From a virus (Duplodnaviria > Caudoviricetes), in the IMG/VR virus record IMGVR_UViG_3300021405_000017, positions 1 through 52,547 of that record: a DNA stretch of 52,547 bases. The stretch is one strand, 5' to 3'. The first letter of the stretch is position 1. Each line of letters begins with the position of its first letter. Both the position numbers and the translations under genes were made by a program. The notes under the pieces are model-generated. The model did no database searches, was not told the DNA's origin, and saw only the letters and a list, made by a program, of their open reading frames with translations. Positions 27,133-36,746 of the stretch are shown piece by piece.

Positions 27133-27514
27133 CGTTAGGGCCGGTCTAACCCGCAGCGGCATCGTTCCTGTCAGGGCTCTCCCTAGACTTCGTGACGAGG
27201 CCAAGAAAGGCGACGACACCGCGACCGCGGTCGTCAACTTAGTCGCGACCTGGTGGCACTGGGCGGAGCTCGCGATGGATGCCGGCGCCATTGTGGGTTG
27301 CGCTGGCTGCGCCAAGGTTCTGAATGAAAAGAAGGTCGGCGGGTTTGCCGTCTTGCTGCCGCACCCGCTGGTGCGAGGCAGCGAGCCGATGGGGGGACAC
27401 TGCGCCGCGTTTTGCCTCCGTTGCATCTCTCGCCGCCCCTCTCAAGAGCTTCGTGACGCATTTGCAAAAACGCTCGAATCCGAGGGCTTCGGATCGCTGA
27501 GTCGACTCGCATGA
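27122..27514 (+). CDS. Hypothetical protein (CxxC pairs)
   Basis: Coupled ORF. Confidence 0.5.
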   Translation: MPSSVRAGLTRSGIVPVRALPRLRDEAKKGDDTATAVVNLVATWWHWAELAMDAGAIVGCAGCAKVLNEKKVGGFAVLLPHPLVRGSEPMGGHCAAFCLRCISRRPSQELRDAFAKTLESEGFGSLSRLA

Positions 27515-28056
27515 GCCAGCGCGCCTCGGGCTACGCCCGCCGTCCTGACGAGGTCTATCCGACCCCGCCGTGGGTGACGCTCCTGCTCGCGCCTTATCTC
27601 AAGCGGCGAAATATTACGGACGTCTGGGAGCCGGCCGCCGGCAACGGTTTGTTGGCGTCCGTCCTTCGAGGCGAAGGCTTCCGTGTGGTCGAGACGCGCG
27701 ACAATTTTTTCTCGCTCAACGAGCCGCCAAAAGACACCGACGCCATCGTCACCAATCCGCCCTATGGTGACGATCGCCGCGGCGCGATGGCTCGCGATTT
27801 CATCCGTCACGCCTTGGCGTTCGAAACGCGCATTGTCGCGATGCTGCTTCGGGTCGACTTCGATTCGGGCAAGACCCGCACCGATCTGTTCCGCGACAAT
27901 CCGCACTTCGCCGGCAAAATTACGCTACTCGACCGGATCAAATGGTTCCCGGGCGACAGCGGCCCGTCCGACAATCACGCTTGGTTCATTTGGAATAGCC
28001 GCCACAGCGGCCAGCCGTGGCTCGCCTATGCCCATCGAAAAACGGTGGGCCCATGA
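27511..28056 (+). CDS. Small DNA adenine methyltransferase-like protein
   Basis: YPTP.W, WEPAAGNG, IVTNPPY, HAWFIW. Confidence 0.85.
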   Translation: MSQRASGYARRPDEVYPTPPWVTLLLAPYLKRRNITDVWEPAAGNGLLASVLRGEGFRVVETRDNFFSLNEPPKDTDAIVTNPPYGDDRRGAMARDFIRHALAFETRIVAMLLRVDFDSGKTRTDLFRDNPHFAGKITLLDRIKWFPGDSGPSDNHAWFIWNSRHSGQPWLAYAHRKTVGP

Positions 28057-28352
28057 GCGACCGTGAAGGCGACATGGGGCGCTGCCGGGCCTGCGGCGCG
28101 AAGATCGAATTTATCAGCGATTGGCGCAGCCGCGTGATCGCGCTCGATCCCAAACCGGCAGCGCTGCGCCGGCCGACCTTCGTCGAGGTCGAGATGGGCG
28201 AGTTCGTCGAGGTCCATCGCCACGAGTGCGAGCCGAAGCCGGATCCGCCGCCGCCCTACGACGGCCGCGAGGTGCGGCCGAAGGTCGAGGCGCGCAGGCC
28301 TACGCCGGCGCCGGAACCGCAATTGGAGTTGTTCAAGACGCCAGCATTTTGA
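28053..28352 (+). CDS. Hypothetical protein (CxxC/His)
   Basis: CRACGAKI...H.HEC; ATGA overlap. Confidence 0.55.
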   Translation: MSDREGDMGRCRACGAKIEFISDWRSRVIALDPKPAALRRPTFVEVEMGEFVEVHRHECEPKPDPPPPYDGREVRPKVEARRPTPAPEPQLELFKTPAF

Positions 28353-28421
28353 GGCCGCCATGACCGTCTCGCCTGCAACCCGGACCGTAGCAGTTGACGT
28401 GATCGAATAAGGGCGCGCCCG

Positions 28422-28658
28422 ATGGCGGACGGCCCTGTTGCACGTGAAACGACGCTCGCCGACGCGCTTGACGTCGTACGGCTGGACGAGCTCGCCCGCA
28501 CGGCGGAGCTGGCGGCGTCCTACTGGCACAGTGTCGCCCTGGCCGCCGATCGCGGCGACGTTCACACCCTCATCCTCCATTGTCACCAGCTCGCCCAGGT
28601 CACCCGCGAGGCCTTCGCCCTGGCGCGCGCGCTCGGCTCGTCGGAGGCCGAGCGATGA
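28422..28658 (+). CDS. Hypothetical protein
   Basis: Coupled to the next ORF. Confidence 0.5.
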   Translation: MADGPVARETTLADALDVVRLDELARTAELAASYWHSVALAADRGDVHTLILHCHQLAQVTREAFALARALGSSEAER

Positions 28659-28867
28659 CCGAGCCAGACCAGGAACGGCCGAGCGTGGCCGAGGAGCGCG
28701 AGCGACTCTTCCGCGCCTATCCGGAGGAGTACAACGACGGCGCCCGACGCGGCTATACCGGCAACAAGCGCTATCCGCGCGGCTTCCACGATTGGCCGCT
28801 CGAGCGACGGAACGCATGGTTCGCCGGCTGGAATGTCGGCTACTGCGACCGTATGGCGGGGCGCTGA
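28655..28867 (+). CDS. Hypothetical protein (RMF-like Y..G...GY...W..GW pattern)
   Basis: EYNDGARRGY...RNAWFAGWNVG. Confidence 0.5.
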   Translation: MTEPDQERPSVAEERERLFRAYPEEYNDGARRGYTGNKRYPRGFHDWPLERRNAWFAGWNVGYCDRMAGR

Positions 28868-30300
28868 TGCCAGAGCGACCGCCCTATTTCACCGAGGCTC
28901 AATGGCAGGAGCACCTCCGCCGGACAGGACAGGCGCCGGCCGGCGAGGAGCAGAAGCCGCCGCCGCCCGACAACGGCCAGCCTCCGGGCGGCTTCAATGA
29001 GAGGGTGGTCCAATTCGACCAGGCTCGAAAGCGCAAGCCCAAGCCGCCGCCGACGCCGCCGCCGGGCGGCTGGCCCGAATGGGTGGGACGTCTACGGCGC
29101 GACGATCGCGGCCGAGTCATCCCCGACCTCGCCAACGTCCTGATCGCCCTGCGCGGCGAGGACAAGCTCGCCGAGGCCTGCGGCTTCGACGAGATGCTAC
29201 AGCACTCGATGGTGTTGAAGGAATGGCCGCGCCTGCCCGACGCCAAGCCGATCAAGCCGCCGCCGCACGAGACCGATGATGATGACATTAGCCGGATCCA
29301 GGAGTGGTTGCAGCGCATGGGCCTGCCCCGGATCGGGCGCGAGATCGTCGGCCAGGCGGTCGAGGTCTTCGCCCGCGAGCGCAGCTTTCACCCGGTGCGC
29401 GATTGGCTCAACGGCCTCAGCTGGGACGGCGTACGCCGAATCGACCGCTGGCTGTTCGTCTATTTCGGCGCGGAAGCCGAGGATGATGACGCGATTGAAT
29501 ACGTCAGCGCGATCGGCAAGATGTTCCTCATCGCCATGGTGGCGCGGGTGTTTCGACCCGGCTGCCAAGCCGATTACATGCTCGTGCTCGAGGGCGACCA
29601 GGGCATCCTCAAATCAAGCGCCTGCCGCGCGCTCGCCGGCCAATGGTTCTCGGACAGCTTGCCGGATGACATTCAGGGCAAGGACGCCCGCCAGCACTTG
29701 CGCGGCAAATGGCTGATTGAAGTCTCCGAGCTTGCCGCCTTTTCCAAGGCCGAGACCGAGGCGCTGAAAGCCTTCATCACCCGGCGCGAGGAACGCTACC
29801 GTCCGCCCTTCGGCCGGCATGACGTGGTCGAAAAGCGGCAATGCCTGTTCATCGGCACCACCAACGAGGAGAGCTACATCAAGGACCAGACCGGCGGGCG
29901 CCGCTATTGGCCGGTCAAATGCCTGTCGATCGACGTCGAGGGCCTCGCCGGCGTCCGCGACCAGTTATTCGCCGAGGCCTTGATCCGGTTCCGCATGGGT
30001 GACCGCTGGTGGCCGACCGCCGCGGACGAGGCCAGGTTCTTCAAGCCGCAACAGGAGAGACGGGAGGAAGATGATCCGTGGGTTCCGCCCGTGGCGACCT
30101 GGCAGCAGGGCTTCCCATCGGACAAGGTGACGGTGTCGCAAGTTGCCCGCGAATGTTTGGGGTTTGACGGCAATTCCCGCATTGACCCGCGAGTACAGCA
30201 GCGGATCGCTAAGATACTCAAGAGGTTAGGTTGGGCGCAACTGCCGAGGACGATGCACGGCCGCTTTTACGCCCGGCCGCGAGGCGACGACGACGCATGA
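28867..30300 (+). CDS. VirE/VapE-family SF3 helicase (replication)
   Basis: FHPVRDWL, Walker A LEGDQGILKSS, Walker B LIEVSEL, FIGTTN, DQTGGRRYWPV. Confidence 0.9.
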   Translation: MPERPPYFTEAQWQEHLRRTGQAPAGEEQKPPPPDNGQPPGGFNERVVQFDQARKRKPKPPPTPPPGGWPEWVGRLRRDDRGRVIPDLANVLIALRGEDKLAEACGFDEMLQHSMVLKEWPRLPDAKPIKPPPHETDDDDISRIQEWLQRMGLPRIGREIVGQAVEVFARERSFHPVRDWLNGLSWDGVRRIDRWLFVYFGAEAEDDDAIEYVSAIGKMFLIAMVARVFRPGCQADYMLVLEGDQGILKSSACRALAGQWFSDSLPDDIQGKDARQHLRGKWLIEVSELAAFSKAETEALKAFITRREERYRPPFGRHDVVEKRQCLFIGTTNEESYIKDQTGGRRYWPVKCLSIDVEGLAGVRDQLFAEALIRFRMGDRWWPTAADEARFFKPQQERREEDDPWVPPVATWQQGFPSDKVTVSQVARECLGFDGNSRIDPRVQQRIAKILKRLGWAQLPRTMHGRFYARPRGDDDA

Positions 30301-30421
30301 CGCGTATGACGCATAATGACACGAGTCCCTATAGAGTCTCTGTAATGCGCGCGCGGCCATGCGAAAGGCTATATAGGGGGGGCTCTATAGGGGTTCGTGT
30401 CATCACGTGTCATAGCGTCAT
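30297..30421. other. Putative replication origin with inverted iteron-like repeats
   Basis: ATGAC(G/A)C x3 (30297, 30306, 30316) faces G(T/C)GTCAT x3 (30397, 30407, 30415). 19/21 inverted repeat 30316-30336 vs 30383-30403, directly after VirE. Confidence 0.6.
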
Positions 30422-30792
30422 CGCCTCCCTCCCGCCGTCCTCCAGCCCTAACCCCGGCTAAACCCCCGGCGATCGGCGGCTCACCGGCCGTCAACATCAC
30501 CGCTCCGCCGCGCACCGCCGCCTCAATCAGAACCCCCGTTTTTACATTGGCCACCCGCGTTACTTGCAGCCGCCACACTGGTTTCACATCGACCCCCCGC
30601 GTACTTGCAGCCGTTGAGGTGAGAGTGAACCCGCGCCGGCGCCTATGGTGGCCCCTTTGTTTTTCCATCGCCCCCCCCGGCCTAAGGGCGCGTACTTGGA
30701 GGGCGGGCGGGCGCTATGCGGGCTGCGATCCCGGCATCCCCCGGGTCACGCCGGGTTTGACGGGATAGGGCATAATGTCTATATTTGGCGTT

Positions 30793-31026
30793 ATGACCGC
30801 GGCCGAAGATGAAGACAATCAACTCAAACGGGAGCTTCTGATGGCGGACCTACAGCTGAGGCGGAAGCAAGTGGTGTGGGAGACGCCGCGTAATATCGGC
30901 ATTCTTGCCGCCGCAATCGCGGCGATCGCCGGCGTCCTGTTCGGCACGCTTGGCTATAAGATCGGTCAGCAGCCGGCCCCGCCTCCGGTCATTATCAACC
31001 TACCGCCGGCCGCGCCCGCCAAATGA
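30793..31026 (+). CDS. Small membrane protein
   Basis: Single hydrophobic helix; Pro-rich tail. Confidence 0.55.
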   Translation: MTAAEDEDNQLKRELLMADLQLRRKQVVWETPRNIGILAAAIAAIAGVLFGTLGYKIGQQPAPPPVIINLPPAAPAK

Positions 31027-31238
31027 CTCCCGCCGAGTTCAAGGCTGCGCGTGAACGGCTCGGGCTGACACAGGTCGAGTTCGCCCGAGTGTTCAAGGTT
31101 GACCTGCGCACCGTCGGCGGCTGGGAGCAGGGCGTGCGCAACGGCAAGGAGGCCGCCATCCCTTTGCCGGTGGCGCAGCTGGTCAAAGCCGCGCTCAAGC
31201 ATCCGGACGTTCGACGCGAGCTTGGCATCAACTCGTGA
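31023..31238 (+). CDS. XRE HTH DNA-binding protein
   Basis: MTPAEFKAARERLGLTQVEFA...RTVGGWEQG. Confidence 0.8.
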   Translation: MTPAEFKAARERLGLTQVEFARVFKVDLRTVGGWEQGVRNGKEAAIPLPVAQLVKAALKHPDVRRELGINS

Positions 31239-31573
31239 ACGCGCCGAGGCTCGGCCGTTACATCCTCGTCAACCGTGAGCCGGTGGAGGAGCCTGATCTC
31301 CTGACCTGGGCCACGTGGCTCGAAACGGCCGATCTGCACGTGCGCCTGTCCGAGCAGGGCGACGTGCGCGTCTCGACGGTGTTCATGGGCCTCGACCACA
31401 ATTATTGGGGCGAGGGGCCGCCGATCTTGTTCGAAACCATGGCGTTCGTCGGCGACCAGACCGTTGGGCAAGAGCGCTATGCGACCTGGGCCGAGGCCGA
31501 AGAGGGGCACGCGCGCTGGGTCGATCAGGTGTTCAAGCCGACGCCGATCCTGTCGCTGCCGGTGAAGACATGA
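31235..31573 (+). CDS. Conserved phage hypothetical protein
   Basis: VSTVFMGLDH...PILFETM...RYATWAEAEEGH. Confidence 0.7.
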   Translation: MNAPRLGRYILVNREPVEEPDLLTWATWLETADLHVRLSEQGDVRVSTVFMGLDHNYWGEGPPILFETMAFVGDQTVGQERYATWAEAEEGHARWVDQVFKPTPILSLPVKT

Positions 31574-31941
31574 TTTGCGAGACCTGCGAGGGCGAGGGCT
31601 ACGTGCGCGGCGTCGACACGGCAAACCCGGGCGCGCTCGTCATGCTGCCCTGTCTCGAGTGCAACGGCTCGGGCGTGGCGAGCTGTTGCGACGTGGCCGG
31701 CTCGAGCGCGCCGCCGTCCTGGGCCGAGCAGCAGCTCGCCGAGGCGAAGGCTTGGCGTGAGGAGATGGCCGCGCTTTATCACGTCCCGGTGGACGCCCTG
31801 TTTGCCGAGCCGCACAGCTCCTCGAGGCGCTCGTTTGTCTGCCCGCGCTGCGGCGCCGAGAGCTTCAACACGCACGACATCATCTATCGCTACTGCGGCC
31901 GTTGTCACGCCTTCGTGGACGATCCGCCGGGGCCGAGCTGA
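31570..31941 (+). CDS. Zinc-finger protein
   Basis: CETC.G.G...CLECNG.G and CPRC...YCGRCH. Confidence 0.6.
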   Translation: MICETCEGEGYVRGVDTANPGALVMLPCLECNGSGVASCCDVAGSSAPPSWAEQQLAEAKAWREEMAALYHVPVDALFAEPHSSSRRSFVCPRCGAESFNTHDIIYRYCGRCHAFVDDPPGPS

Positions 31942-32252
31942 TCGATGAAGGCGAGCAATTCGTCGGCGCCCAATTCGCGCCAGGCTGGCTCATTCCAGGC
32001 GTGCAGGGTGAAGGCGGCCTTGGCGTAATCGAGGTCAGCCGCGCCGGCGACGCAGAGCGGCCACAGGATCTTGAGGTCGATCGCCCTCTGCCGAGCTCGC
32101 CACCAGGTCCGGATCAGCGCCCAAGCCGCCATCGGTCCCTCCTGCGCCAGATTTATGCAATTTATGCCGCGCCTAGGAGGTTGGCTCTAGCGCAACTTCC
32201 CGGCGTAAGGTATCTCTATCCCGTCGTGGATTTTCTCCAACGGGGCTCAATC

Positions 32253-32822
32253 ATGAAAAGGCTATTGATCGCAACGGCGCTGCTCGCCGCGGTTGGCTCG
32301 ACGCCAACAAGGGCGGCGAATCAAATCACGGTCGAGGACATCGGCTCGGTCTTCAACCAGTCTCTCGCGCTACCGGCTCAGGACACGCCCGGCAGCGGCA
32401 TCGGCTTCGAGCAGTTCTTCGAATTCACGCTGCCTACCAGGGAGACGGTCACGGTGTCGATGAGCGACAGCGCGATCGGCCTTCAACGGATCACCGGCGG
32501 CCTGCTTTCGCTCAACGATTTCACCTCGAGCGCGCCGACCTCGCCATTCCAGCCAATCGGGGCGCTGATCGAATCGTCGGCGGTCGTGAATGTGACCGGC
32601 GGTCAGGAGGCGACGGTTAATCCGGACATCTTGAACGCGGGCGCGTATTTCGCTGAGCTGTCCGGCGTAAGCGGCCTCTCGCCGATCCACATCGCCATCG
32701 ACGGCACGATTACGGCGGTGTCGACGCCTGAGCCCTCGACCTGGGCGATGCTGGCGCTCGGCTTCGGGTTCCTTGGATTTACCGCGTTCCGGCGTAGGAC
32801 GCGTCGTAGCCTCGCGATCTGA
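32253..32822 (+). CDS. Secreted PEP-CTERM (PEPxxWA-CTERM) sorting-domain protein
   Basis: Signal peptide MKRLLIATALLAA; C-terminal TPEPSTWAMLALGFGFLGFTAFRRR. Confidence 0.9.
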   Translation: MKRLLIATALLAAVGSTPTRAANQITVEDIGSVFNQSLALPAQDTPGSGIGFEQFFEFTLPTRETVTVSMSDSAIGLQRITGGLLSLNDFTSSAPTSPFQPIGALIESSAVVNVTGGQEATVNPDILNAGAYFAELSGVSGLSPIHIAIDGTITAVSTPEPSTWAMLALGFGFLGFTAFRRRTRRSLAI

Positions 32823-32835
32823 ATGCCGTCGCCCC

Positions 32836-33006
32836 ATGAGTGCGCTCGGCGTCGTTCTGATCGTGATCCTGGTCCTGATCCTGGTCGGCGGCGTCGGGGC
32901 CATCCCCTCCGTGCCCTATGGCTATGGCTACGGGCATGGGCTCAACGGCGGCGTCGGCCTCCTCCTGGTGGTCGTGCTGATCCTCGTGCTGCTACGGTAC
33001 ATCTGA
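32836..33006 (+). CDS. DUF3309-like small membrane protein
   Basis: LGVVLIVILVLILVGG...GYGYG...GGVGLLLVVVLILVLL. Confidence 0.75.
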   Translation: MSALGVVLIVILVLILVGGVGAIPSVPYGYGYGHGLNGGVGLLLVVVLILVLLRYI

Positions 33007-33112
33007 ACGTGGCGTAGCGCGCCGCGTAACCCGCCGCCGGCTGAGCCTCTCTCCAGGGCCTATGCCGGCGGCGGCCCACAGATGGCCCAGGACGGGCCTT
33101 TCCCGTCTTAGG

Positions 33113-33703
33113 CTATGGGAGCGCCCGGCGAGGGCCGGCGGCCTGTCCTGGCCCGCCTGGCGCGAACCTGATCTCCATTTTCCCCAGGACCGCGATCTTC
33201 TCCTCGACGCTGTGACCCTTGGTCCGCATACTGCTGTCCTTCTCGTGCCACTGGCGATCGGCGCTGAGGGCGGGCGGGAAGAGCGCGATGGCGTCCAGGT
33301 CATTCCACCGCACCAGGCCGATGATGTTGTCCTGGGCGCGGCGCTCAAGATAGGCGCGCAAGGCCGGATCGCGGTGCGCGTCGGGGTGCTTGGGGTCGAC
33401 CCAAATCTGCACGACCTGAATGTGCTGTAGCTCGCCGGTCGCGTCGTCGCGCAGAGAGACGAAGTCCGGCATCAGGTCGATCACGTAATGCGACCGGTCC
33501 GGCCGCGACAGATCTGCGGCGTCATCGTTGACAAGCCACCTGCAGCTCCACAAGCGGCACTCCGGCGAGACGGATTCCAGGCGGGCGTAAACCTTGCAGC
33601 CGCGGGCGTGGCTCTGATGCTGGCAGCGCTCGCCGGCGCCCTTGTTCAGCGAGCGGACCGGGAGAAGCTTGCAGCACAACGTACACTCGCCGCACGCCCT
33701 CAC
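33113..33703 (-). CDS. YkgJ-like CxxCxxCC cysteine-cluster protein
   Basis: RACGECTLCCK...C.H...GC.VY...C..W.C.W. Confidence 0.75.
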   Translation of the reverse strand: MRACGECTLCCKLLPVRSLNKGAGERCQHQSHARGCKVYARLESVSPECRLWSCRWLVNDDAADLSRPDRSHYVIDLMPDFVSLRDDATGELQHIQVVQIWVDPKHPDAHRDPALRAYLERRAQDNIIGLVRWNDLDAIALFPPALSADRQWHEKDSSMRTKGHSVEEKIAVLGKMEIRFAPGGPGQAAGPRRALP

Positions 33704-33963
33704 GACTCCAACACTTCCATGACCGCGATCGGCGAGATCTTGGCGCGGTGCAGATAGCGCAGGAAGCGCTCGACCGGGGCCGGCACCGGCGCCTCGCCTG
33801 ACCACCATCGCCGCACCGTGCGTTCGTTGACGCCCACGAGGCGCGCGGCCGCGGCGGTCGATAGTTCGAGCTTGCGGAGGGTGCGTTGGAATTCCTCCTC
33901 GGTCATCGCGTCAGCGCGGGGCGGCGGGTCGGCCGGCGTCAGAGCGGCGGTGAATTTGGTCAT
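33700..33963 (-). CDS. HTH DNA-binding protein
   Basis: MTEEEFQRTL..L.LSTAAAARLVGVNERTVRRW.SG..PVP. Confidence 0.7.
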   Translation of the reverse strand: MTKFTAALTPADPPPRADAMTEEEFQRTLRKLELSTAAAARLVGVNERTVRRWWSGEAPVPAPVERFLRYLHRAKISPIAVMEVLES

Positions 33964-34232
33964 GACTCGGCGTCCTCTACCTTGCGCAAGCGATGCTCGA
34001 TGTGAGCGATAGATTGAGCGAGGCCCCGCACTTCGATGACGAGCCCGGCGAGCGAGCCGTCATGGCGCATCGCCATGCCCGTCAAGACCGTGATTTGATC
34101 TTCAATCGCGCCCAGCCGATCGAGCACCCGTTCGAGCTGGCGAGAGACGAATTAAATCGAGACATCATCGGCCATCGGTCATCCTTCGTTCCTGTACATA
34201 GGGCGCGCCGCCCGCGGTCGGCAAGGGCTGGC

Positions 34233-34436
34233 TCACGGGCTGAAAATCCGCACGGTGAGGGTCGAGCCGTCCTCAAACAGGACGACCGGATTGTCGGCGT
34301 CGGAGACATCGACGAACTCGATCCTGAGCCAGACCTCGCCGGCAGGACGGGCCTCGCCGTCGTCATTCAGAAGCTGCATGCTGCGGCCCTCGATCATGTC
34401 GCGGATCATTAGGCCTAGGCATTGCGTGCGGGTCAT
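34233..34436 (-). CDS. Hypothetical protein
   Basis: ATGA-coupled ORF. Confidence 0.5.
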   Translation of the reverse strand: MTRTQCLGLMIRDMIEGRSMQLLNDDGEARPAGEVWLRIEFVDVSDADNPVVLFEDGSTLTVRIFSP

Positions 34437-34651
34437 AGCTCGGCCTCCGGCAAAGGTTCGTAAGCGTCAGGGTGCGGGACGATCTCAGGCAGGCCGTTGG
34501 CCTTGCGCCGCGGATTGGCGAGATCGACGCACGCGCGACAAATCGGCTGGCGCTCGCCCGCGATTGTGATCGACGGGACGTGGTGCGGGTTAAAGCCGAA
34601 GGGCCGGCCGCAACCGGCGCAAGGCCCGTAGGCGATGACGTAGCCGGTCAT
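34433..34651 (-). CDS. Zinc-finger hypothetical protein
   Basis: CAGC..F.FNP..VPS...PICRAC. Confidence 0.6.
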   Translation of the reverse strand: MTGYVIAYGPCAGCGRPFGFNPHHVPSITIAGERQPICRACVDLANPRRKANGLPEIVPHPDAYEPLPEAEL

Positions 34652-35040
34652 TGCTTCACCCTCAGCGCGAATTCAGCCAGCGCGCCGCCGCCGTCCTCGA
34701 AATGGCCGCGGCGGTTTAGCTCCGCCTCGATCGTGGCGACCTCGTCATCCTCGAATTTGTTCGAGGCGCAAAAGTCGGCGAATCGGCCCTCCCACTCGCC
34801 GTCATTGAGGATGACGATCGTGTCATTCGTGATCGGCGTCCGCTCGAGGAGATAGGCGAGCGCCCCGCACATTGGGCATTCGCCGGCGGGCGTGATCTCG
34901 CCCGGCGCGACGCGCTGCTCATAATCGGAGATGCCCTCAAGATCGCATGCGGCGCCCTTCCAATCGCAGTCGCCGCATTCGACGGGCGTTTCATCGTCGC
35001 CGCCGTATTCGCGGCGCTCGTAAAAGAACACTTGGCTCAT
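34648..35040 (-). CDS. Zinc-finger hypothetical protein
   Basis: CGDC...RVAPGEITPAGECPMCGALA. Confidence 0.6.
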   Translation of the reverse strand: MSQVFFYERREYGGDDETPVECGDCDWKGAACDLEGISDYEQRVAPGEITPAGECPMCGALAYLLERTPITNDTIVILNDGEWEGRFADFCASNKFEDDEVATIEAELNRRGHFEDGGGALAEFALRVKQ

Positions 35041-35274
35041 TGTCGCACCTGCTGGATCAGAACGCGGTGAATGTCATAGGGGCCGTTGCAGCCGACGCCG
35101 GGCTTGCCGTAGATCGCGGCGCCGCGGGTGAGCTTGATGAAGGTGTCCTGGTTGGCGACGTTCCAGGCCTCGGCGTATTCGCACTCGACGCGCCCCTCGG
35201 TCGTCCAGGTCTGACCGTTGGCGGCCGAGCCGTTGATCACGTAGTCGAACTGCTTGCGCATCAATGGTCCTCCG

Positions 35275-36192
35275 TCACAGCTCAAACATCTCTCGGCAGA
35301 TGGGCCCGATGCCCAACTCAACGCTCTTGGCGTTGGTCAATTCCCGGCCGCAGCAGGAGCACTGGCCGGTCCTGCGGCCGAAGGCGACCGCCGCCGCCAA
35401 AGGGTCAGCCATGGCCGCCACGACGGCCGCCTGTTGCTCCTCAGTGGCCTCGAACGAGGCGACGAACTTGCCGCCGGCGATCTTGCCAAGGAACTGGTCG
35501 CCGGCCCGGAGATAGACTGCGCCGGCGTTTCGGCCGGTGGCCGGCGCGAGGCTGGCGACGAAGCCGTCGAAGCGCAGCTTCGGCTGCTTGGCGCCCGCGC
35601 GCACCGCCGCCTCGAAGGCGGTCATCAAGCGATCAGTCGTAACGACCGGCGCGTTCTCGACTCGCGCCGTCCTGGCCGCCGCGCGCTGCGCGTCCTGCGC
35701 CATCAGCTTGCGCAGGGCCTCAAGCTGGCGCTCGGTCAGGTCGCCCCAATCCTCGATCGCGCGCAGCATGTCGTCCGGATAGGTGAAGGTCGGCCGGCCG
35801 GAATGCGCCAGCATCCACGCCCACTCGGCCGGGTGCGCGGCTGCGAACGCCTCGCGGCGCTCGGTCTTCACGTTGGCTTTGCGTTGGGCCGCGCCCTCAC
35901 GCCGGCGCTGACGCTCGGCCGGGCTGGTGAGGCGCTCGAAATGGCCGACGCCCTTGCAGGCGAAGCACTGGCCAAAATCGCGGCCCCGATAGCCGATGAA
36001 CCGGCCGCGGCCGTTGCACTTCTTGCACGTCTCGCGGAAGGTCGCGCCCCGCGCCGGCGGGGTGACGAAGTCTTCCGGCGCCGGCTCGGCGTCGACCTGC
36101 GGCGGATGGTCGCCCGCGGCGGGAGCGCCGCCGTCGAAATCATCGAGCAGGTCGGCGAATGGGTCACGGGCTTGGATTGCAGACCTGTTCAT
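35275..36192 (-). CDS. DUF6011-domain protein with CxxCxGxG zinc motifs
   Basis: C-terminal CSCCGRELT...S...GIGPIC; N-terminal CKKCNGRG...CFACKGVG. Confidence 0.8.
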   Translation of the reverse strand: MNRSAIQARDPFADLLDDFDGGAPAAGDHPPQVDAEPAPEDFVTPPARGATFRETCKKCNGRGRFIGYRGRDFGQCFACKGVGHFERLTSPAERQRRREGAAQRKANVKTERREAFAAAHPAEWAWMLAHSGRPTFTYPDDMLRAIEDWGDLTERQLEALRKLMAQDAQRAAARTARVENAPVVTTDRLMTAFEAAVRAGAKQPKLRFDGFVASLAPATGRNAGAVYLRAGDQFLGKIAGGKFVASFEATEEQQAAVVAAMADPLAAAVAFGRRTGQCSCCGRELTNAKSVELGIGPICREMFEL

Positions 36193-36238
36193 CGGGGCCT
36201 CCTTGCGGCCGGACGGGATTGCCCTTGCCGCCTCTGGC

Positions 36239-36269
36239 ATATGGGCATTATGCCCTAGGGCGTCAAGGC
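36239..36269 (-). promoter_or_regulatory. Repeated promoter/operator cassette, copy 1 (TTGACG-N17-CATATG, palindrome GGGCATAATGCCC)
   Basis: 31 bp identical to 39510-39540; near-copy at 40175-40203. Confidence 0.75.
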
Positions 36270-36278
36270 GCGGGCGCT

Positions 36279-36607
36279 TCAATATTCCTCCGCCAGCATG
36301 ATGGTCAGGATGCGCGTGGTGACGGTCGGATCGCTGGGGTCCGGTGACGCGTATTCGAGGCTGAGATCGTAGTAGTCGATCTTCCAGAACAGCTTGCGCC
36401 CGAGCAGTTCAAAGCTGCCGAAGTCGTGCTCGCCGGCGGGTCATTGCCGGTGTCGAACTTGTCGAACACCCGCACCAGGCCGAGCGCCAAGTGCGAGAAC
36501 TCGACGCCGAGATTGCTGACCCCGGCGGTGAACACGACTCGTCCGAGTGACGGCGTGCGCTCGGGCGCGCGGCGGAAGGCGTCGTTAAGGGCGGCGATGG
36601 CGCTCAT
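36279..36607 (-). pseudogene. DUF3768 protein with a 1-nt frameshift
   Basis: IAALNDAFR...NDP in one frame; GEHDFG...FWKIDYYD...SPDPSDP.VT.RILTIMLAEEY in another. One base is missing near 36436. Confidence 0.8.
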
Positions 36608-36746
36608 TGGCCCGCCTCCCAAAACATCACCTTGCGTCGGTTCTCTAACCGGCGGATGCGTTTTTCCAGCAGATAGTTGGCGACCATGTTGGCGAGGCCG
36701 CCAAAGCTAAGCACCAGAATGCAGGCCGCATGGAAATGGAGCTCGG

